From the NCBI RefSeq assembly GCF_003334255.1, contig NZ_QOWU01000133.1: a stretch of DNA of 2,469 bases; one strand, written 5' to 3'. Positions 1 to 2,469 of the stretch are shown in pieces; within the stretch, counting starts at the first letter, position 1; every line of letters begins with the position of its first letter. The stretch is from Escherichia coli. Lineage in GTDB: Bacteria > Pseudomonadota > Gammaproteobacteria > Enterobacterales > Enterobacteriaceae. Under the pieces are notes generated by a model. It saw nothing but the letters and a program-made list of their open reading frames with translations. It was not told where the DNA came from and ran no database searches. The position numbers and the translations under genes are program-made.

Positions 1-1094
1 CAGGTCTCGCCCAGCGTGGTGTTCACAAAGGTTTTCAGGCCGTTGGGATCTTTCAGTGCATCCAGCCAGTCATAGACAATCTGTACCCAGGTGGTGAACG
101 GACTGTACGCCGTCCAGATATGGAATGTGATGGAGCGCGGCGGCGGAATTTCATTACCCGCAGCGCTGAAAAACGTCAGGCCGTCACGGGTCCACATGCC
201 CGTGTTTTCACAGATCCACCGCCCGTTGCTCTGGTCAAGATCAGACTGATGGATCACGCAGCCATGATGTTCACAGAGGTAGAAAACACTTTCTGGACTG
301 TCCTTCTCCCATTTAAGGCCAAAAGGCGTGGACTCATCGCCAAATTTCAGATACTGCGCCTCCCCACAGTGTGGGCAGGGCACATAAAAACGCATGAAAT
401 GCGCCGACTCGTTGGCCGCTTTTTCGATCTGGCAGGAGCCTTTTATTTTAGGCGTCGAGCCGCGAATGGATTTTGGCCATACCGAGCCCTCAATACGCTT
501 ATCCCCCAGCAGGGTTGGCGAGCCCTCTTTTTCGACATCCGGCTCGAACGAGGAAAGTTCGTCATAGCAGACCACGTCCACGGATTTTTCACGGTAGTTT
601 TTGGCGGCAGCACCACCCAGGCACCAGAACCCCACACGGGACGTGAATCTTTTTAATGTCAGTGTGTTATCCCGGTGCTTACGCCCCAGCCAGGGGGAAA
701 GAATTTTCAGACAGGGAACATCCCGTAATGTTGACTCCACATGAGACTTCATAAAATCTTCAGCGGCAGAATCCGTAGGCTGAAACAGAAGACTGTTACG
801 GTTTTTATGCTCAATAAAGTAACCAATAACGCCCATCAGCATTTTGGTGTAACCGACTCGAGCTGATTTTATAAGATTAATTGTGCGGATCCGGTCATTA
901 CCCATGCAGTTCATTATTGCCACCTGAAAGGGCAACGTCTTCCACCGCCCAGCAAGATAAGAGGACTCCGGGGGCAAATAATAATTTTGATCGGCCCATT
1001 CAACGGTGGTTACAGGCAGTGGGCGTAAAAGCCCACGAAGTGCCACTCCACAAACAACAGCAAAGTTATTTAGCTGCTTCTCTGAGGTATTCAT
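1..1094 (-). CDS. A: Terminase large subunit (lambda gpA family, TerL), N-terminal 364 codons. The 3' end lies beyond the left edge of the window.
   Basis: The supplied track omits this ORF because it is open at the window edge. I translated the minus strand from ATG 1094..1092 and checked every in-phase plus-strand triplet for tta, cta and tca down to position 1; none occurs. The protein begins [86 protein letters not shown]. It continues through [99 protein letters not shown] and [12 protein letters not shown]. It is colinear, without indels, with lambda gpA as I recall it. The packaging-ATPase landmarks fall at the same residue numbers: KSARVGYTK with K76 at 867..869, and YDE with E179 at 558..560. 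A GGAG Shine-Dalgarno sequence (1102..1105) sits 7 nt upstream of the ATG. The start overlaps the end of Nu1, as in lambda. Confidence 0.96.
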   Translation of the reverse strand, partial: MNTSEKQLNNFAVVCGVALRGLLRPLPVTTVEWADQNYYLPPESSYLAGRWKTLPFQVAIMNCMGNDRIRTINLIKSARVGYTKMLMGVIGYFIEHKNRNSLLFQPTDSAAEDFMKSHVESTLRDVPCLKILSPWLGRKHRDNTLTLKRFTSRVGFWCLGGAAAKNYREKSVDVVCYDELSSFEPDVEKEGSPTLLGDKRIEGSVWPKSIRGSTPKIKGSCQIEKAANESAHFMRFYVPCPHCGEAQYLKFGDESTPFGLKWEKDSPESVFYLCEHHGCVIHQSDLDQSNGRWICENTGMWTRDGLTFFSAAGNEIPPPRSITFHIWTAYSPFTTWVQIVYDWLDALKDPNGLKTFVNTTLGET

Positions 1095-1614
1095 CCAGCA
1101 TCTCCGGTAACTTCTCTGCCGTTGATGCGCATCGGTTTGCCGCCTTTGCTATATCGGTTTTCAGGAAATCAAGCATAGCGGGCGTCAGTGCCGGAAACTG
1201 TCTCTGCATGGACAATGGAATGGAGTCAAGAATGGCAGAGATCTCCTGTGCCAGTCTTCCCAGAGCAAAAAGGCAAAACCCTGTATCAATGACCTGCCCA
1301 CTGTCGCGGGCATTTTTCAGTTCCTGTGCATCTGCCTGTGCCTTCGTCAGTCGGTAACGTTCGTAATCAATGGTGCCGGGCTGAAGGTCTGATTCGCTGG
1401 CAGCCCTCAAATCCTCGACCTCTTTACGGAGTTTTTCATTTTCAATATCAGCTTCGCGCTGAGCATACCATTCGATCGCCTTCGCAGAATCAAAGATGAC
1501 CTCAACACCTTTTCCTCCACCAGATATCTGAGGGAGCCCCTGAGTTTGCCAGCGATCAATAGTGCGTATATCGACATTAAAGATTTCAGCAAGCTTCTTT
1601 TTATTAACATTCAT
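1066..1614 (-). CDS. nu1: Terminase small subunit (lambda Nu1 family, TerS), complete, 182 aa
   Basis: This is the track [108 protein letters not shown]... It is colinear with lambda Nu1 ([105 protein letters not shown]...). Shared parts include the N-terminal winged helix-turn-helix that binds cosB and the GGGKG segment. An AAGGA Shine-Dalgarno sequence (1623..1627) sits 8 nt upstream of ATG 1614..1612. The start lies 188 nt from the cohesive-end nucleotide, compared with about 190 nt in lambda. Confidence 0.97.
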   Translation of the reverse strand: MNVNKKKLAEIFNVDIRTIDRWQTQGLPQISGGGKGVEVIFDSAKAIEWYAQREADIENEKLRKEVEDLRAASESDLQPGTIDYERYRLTKAQADAQELKNARDSGQVIDTGFCLFALGRLAQEISAILDSIPLSMQRQFPALTPAMLDFLKTDIAKAANRCASTAEKLPEMLDEYLREAAK

Positions 1615-1631
1615 TCAGCAATTCCTTATCA

Positions 1632-1649
1632 AAAATCAGTTACGACATG
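1632..1649 (-). repeat. R1-like Nu1 binding repeat (minus-strand read CATGTCGTAACTGATTTT)
   Basis: It shares the CATGTCG 5' half with the other two repeats. It sits just upstream of the nu1 ribosome-binding site, where lambda R1 lies. The 3' half is divergent, so this is the weakest of the three calls. Confidence 0.4.
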
Positions 1650-1682
1650 AAATGCCAAAAAAGACAGATTTTTCAGCGTTCT

Positions 1683-1700
1683 GATGTCGTTTCTTTCTTG
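1683..1700 (+). repeat. R2-like Nu1 binding repeat, inverted relative to R3 and R1 (plus-strand read GATGTCGTTTCTTTCTTG)
   Basis: It closely resembles lambda R2 and R1 (TGTCGTTTCCTTTCT) with one C missing. Its orientation is opposite to the R3-like repeat, as in lambda. Confidence 0.6.
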
Positions 1701-1716
1701 ATGATTATTTCTTTAA

Positions 1717-1729
1717 AAACAATAAGTTA
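1717..1729 (+). promoter_or_regulatory. IHF-like site (I1 position of cosB)
   Basis: The plus-strand sequence AAACAATAAGTTA matches the IHF consensus WATCAANNNNTTR at 12 of 13 positions. It has an A/T-rich flank (1701..1716). It lies between the R3-like and R2-like repeats, exactly where lambda I1 lies. Confidence 0.55.
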
Positions 1730-1732
1730 ACA

Positions 1733-1750
1733 ACAAGAAGAACTGACATG
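1733..1750 (-). repeat. R3-like Nu1 binding repeat (minus-strand read CATGTCAGTTCTTCTTGT)
   Basis: It aligns by position with lambda R3 (GGCGTTTCCGTTCTTCTTCG). It shares the ATGTC(G/A) core with the other two repeats. Confidence 0.55.
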
Positions 1751-1790
1751 CTTTTTCCCGAAAAATTTTCATAAATAGCGAAAACCCGCG

Positions 1791-1802
1791 AGGTCGCCGC
1801 CC
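1791..1802 (-). other. cosN, the 12-nt cohesive-end sequence (terminase nicking site), present here uncut and joined
   Basis: Plus-strand AGGTCGCCGCCC is the reverse complement of GGGCGGCGACCT, the cohesive end shared by lambda and related lambdoid phages. On the minus strand it is flanked by ...CCGTTACG (lambda right end ...GGTTACG) and CGCGGGTTTTCGC... (lambda left end). Confidence 0.92.
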
Positions 1803-1825
1803 CGTAACGGCCCGGATCGCCGGAA

Positions 1826-1832
1826 AGGACCC
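1826..1832 (-). other. cosQ-like element (packaging termination signal)
   Basis: The minus-strand sequence GGGTCCT is identical to lambda cosQ. It lies 23 nt from the right cohesive-end boundary, the same spacing as in lambda (GGGTCCT TTCCGGTGATCCGACAGGTTACG there, GGGTCCT TTCCGGCGATCCGGGCCGTTACG here). Confidence 0.75.
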
Positions 1833-1840
1833 GAGAAAAT

Positions 1841-1853
1841 GATAATGATTATC
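1841..1853. repeat. 13-bp inverted repeat GATAAT-N-ATTATC next to cosQ
   Basis: Two 6-bp arms are perfectly complementary around a single central base. The same motif (GATAATCATTATC) sits at the equivalent place near the lambda right end, as I recall it. I know of no assigned function. Confidence 0.5.
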
Positions 1854-2111
1854 AGTTGCAACAAAATCCAGTTTCTTCCACCATCGCACCGGACGAGCGA
1901 CCATGAGGGGACAACGCCACGCTCCGTTAACGCGGTAAACCCCGGTGTGTATCGTTTTTGATTATCCCCGCACACTCGCGCAGAGGAGTCTCCCGGTAGG
2001 GCTGCGGTCTCTGTTCATGTGGGAATACGGCGACGATACTGCGCAAAGACATGCTTCAGAAATACATAAGTAAACTAAAATATTGTATCTCTGTGGCTAA
2101 TTACGTAAATT

Positions 2112-2135
2112 GGTGGCTTGGCCCCTTTAGCCACC
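2112..2135 (-). other. Inverted repeat, a possible RNA stem-loop about 35 nt downstream of the Rz stop
   Basis: GGTGGCT (2112..2118) and AGCCACC (2129..2135) form a perfect 7-bp stem with a 10-nt loop. No U-run follows on the minus-strand transcript (AAUUUACG), so it is not a canonical intrinsic terminator. Confidence 0.3.
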
Positions 2136-2169
2136 GGCAAATCTTCAGCGGATTATCCTTGGCCGGTTT

Positions 2170-2469
2170 TTATCTGAGGCATTGCTCACGAATGTATAGC
2201 TGTGCCCCTTCCAGCTGCTTCTGCATTGTCATCAACCGTTCTCTGAGGATGAAATAATCCCGTTCAGCGGCGTCTGCCAGTCTGGGGCCGGTTGCATTAT
2301 CCACGCCGGAGGTGGTGGGGGCTTCACGCACGGAGCCTGGACAGGTGGCGTTGATCCGCAGGCGCTTACGACCAGCGGCAACGTCAGCGCGAAGAGTTTC
2401 ATTTTCAGCTCTCGCATCGGCTAATTCCCTCGAGTATTTTGCATCGAGCGCAGCAACATCGCGCTGGCG
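2170..2469 (-). CDS. Rz: i-spanin Rz (inner-membrane spanin subunit), C-terminal 99 codons. The 5' end lies beyond the right edge of the window.
   Basis: Hand translation of the minus strand from 2469 gives RQRDVAALDAKYSRELADARAENETLRADVAAGRKRLRINATCPGSVREAPTTSGVDNATGPRLADAAERDYFILRERLMTMQKQLEGAQLYIREQCLR, with stop TAA at 2172..2170. It is colinear with the C-terminal two-thirds of lambda Rz (RQRDVAALDAKYTKELADAKAENDALRDDVAAGRRRLHIKAVCQSVREATTASGVDNAASPRLADTAERDYFTLRERLITMQKQLEGTQKYINEQCR). Both periplasmic cysteines are conserved. Confidence 0.94.
   Translation of the reverse strand, partial: RQRDVAALDAKYSRELADARAENETLRADVAAGRKRLRINATCPGSVREAPTTSGVDNATGPRLADAAERDYFILRERLMTMQKQLEGAQLYIREQCLR
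2232..2417 (-). CDS. Rz1: o-spanin Rz1 (outer-membrane lipoprotein spanin subunit), complete, 61 aa, nested out of frame inside Rz
   Basis: This is the track ORF MRELKMKLFALTLPLVVSACGSTPPVQAPCVKPPPPPAWIMQPAPDWQTPLNGIISSSENG. Lambda Rz1 is MLKLKMMLCVMMLPLVVVGCTSKQSVSQCVKPPPPPAWIMQPPPDWQTPLNGIISPSERG. The signal peptide ends in the lipobox VSAC, with Cys20 at the same position as in lambda. The mature domain is proline-rich, and the second Cys is conserved. A GAGGGA Shine-Dalgarno sequence (2427..2432) sits 9 nt upstream of ATG 2417..2415. Confidence 0.92.
   Translation of the reverse strand: MRELKMKLFALTLPLVVSACGSTPPVQAPCVKPPPPPAWIMQPAPDWQTPLNGIISSSENG

Larger units (their letters stand above)
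1615..1790 (-). other. cosB, the terminase-binding and packaging-initiation region between cosN and the nu1 start
   Basis: Its position matches lambda cosB. The first ~41 nt after cosN on the minus strand (GGGCGGCGACCTCGCGGGTTTTCGCTATTTATGAAAATTTT) match the lambda left end as I recall it. It contains three R-type repeats in the lambda orientation pattern (forward, inverted, forward), with an IHF-like site between the first two. These are listed separately below. Confidence 0.8.

Noticed and set aside
443-637. Minus-strand 64-aa ORF inside gene A. The 67-aa ORF at 1407..1610 inside nu1 is the same kind of case.
   Set aside because: Both are alternative frames of genes whose main frame is clearly the conserved one. 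Neither has an independent ribosome-binding site or a recognisable product. Unlike Rz1, there is no precedent for nested genes at these positions.
120-656. Plus-strand ORF of 178 aa ([14 protein letters not shown]...)
   Set aside because: It lies wholly antisense to the strongly conserved terminase large subunit frame and is codon-phase-locked to it, the classic shadow-ORF situation. The product is Arg-, Phe- and Gly-rich with no motif I recognise. It has no convincing ribosome-binding site.
881-1357. Plus-strand ORF of 158 aa spanning the A/nu1 junction
   Set aside because: It is antisense to two overlapping, well-supported terminase genes. The product is low-complexity and Ser-, Ala- and Cys-rich. 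It has no recognisable family and no ribosome-binding site.
1713-1975. Two minus-strand ORFs (1713..1904, 63 aa; 1769..1975, 68 aa, GTG start) that read across cosQ, cosN and cosB
   Set aside because: They overlie DNA that is conserved for packaging-site function, and terminase cleavage would split them. A 1-nt indel relative to lambda (ATTTTCTCGGGTCC against ACTTTACGGGTCC) changes the frame, so the reading frames are not conserved. Gene callers may still list them as hypothetical proteins.
1927-2052. A 41-aa minus-strand ORF below the track cutoff (MSLRSIVAVFPHEQRPQPYRETPLRECAGIIKNDTHRGLPR). An 18-aa ORF at 1962..2018 is nested in it.
   Set aside because: Neither start has a Shine-Dalgarno sequence. 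The equivalent frame in the homologous lambda segment, as I recall it, contains a stop. The small ORF lambda does have there uses another frame. I treat this as non-coding pending comparative or ribosome-profiling data.
2053-2086. Promoter-like plus-strand -10 hexamers (TAAAAT at 2076..2081, TATTGT at 2081..2086) in the AT-rich patch
   Set aside because: No acceptable -35 element sits at 16-18 bp spacing (GCTTCA or AGAAAT at best). There is no downstream gene to drive. AT-rich DNA produces such hexamers by chance.
2101-2108. Perfect 8-bp palindrome TTACGTAA
   Set aside because: About nine 8-bp palindromes are expected by chance in a window of this size. It lies in AT-rich sequence, has no second copy, and has no known association with this region.
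2133-2171. Plus-strand terminator-like element: ACCGGC (2133..2138) and GCCGGT (2162..2167) followed by a T-run
   Set aside because: The stem is only 6 bp with a 23-nt loop. It overlaps the better 2112..2135 hairpin. The T-run is simply the complement of the Rz stop region (TAAAAA). No plus-strand gene ends here.
2051-2257. Plus-strand 68-aa ORF (MLQKYISKLKYCISVANY...)
   Set aside because: Its 3' part is antisense to Rz and Rz1. I recognise no homology, and it has no ribosome-binding site. A bor-like lipoprotein might be expected on this strand in this region, but the product has no signal peptide or lipobox.
1-2469. A search for a novel system: defence genes, toxin-antitoxin pairs, CRISPR repeats, tRNA or tmRNA, IS or transposon ends, retron or DGR-like repeats, and long direct repeats
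   Set aside because: About 80 percent of the window (all but the 188-bp cosB interval 1615..1802 and the 367-bp spacer) is covered by four well-recognised lambdoid genes. The rest is the cos site plus a short spacer. I found no periodic repeats, no cloverleaf-capable segments and no terminal inverted repeats. The window is a canonical lysis-cos-terminase junction.

Overview
This window is the late-operon junction of a lambda-like (lambdoid, cos-packaging) phage or prophage from an enterobacterial-type host. Every real feature lies on the minus strand, which is the phage map direction. Reading that strand from right to left, the window holds five things.
(1) The C-terminal 99 codons of the i-spanin gene Rz (2469..2170, 5' end outside the window). 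The o-spanin lipoprotein gene Rz1 is nested out of frame inside it (2417..2232).
(2) A 367-bp spacer with no credible gene.
(3) A complete, uncut cos site: cosQ at 1826..1832, the 12-nt cosN cohesive-end sequence at 1791..1802, and cosB at 1615..1790. cosB carries three R-type repeats around an IHF-like site.
(4) The terminase small subunit gene Nu1 (1614..1066).
(5) The first 364 codons of the terminase large subunit gene A (1094..1). It runs off the left edge, so it is missing from the supplied ORF track. I translated it by hand and found no in-frame stop.
The long plus-strand ORFs in the track are antisense shadow ORFs. I see no CRISPR array, tRNA, IS element or defence-type gene, and nothing here needs a new biological system to explain it. 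The points worth a second look are modest. The virion ends are joined, so the source is a prophage or circular form. The lysis-to-cos spacer is unusually short and moron-free. That spacer holds a non-coding block that resembles phage lambda but does not preserve a reading frame. The cosB repeats and the Nu1 recognition helix both differ from lambda, which leaves packaging specificity open. All comparisons to lambda and phage 21 are from memory and need checking by alignment.
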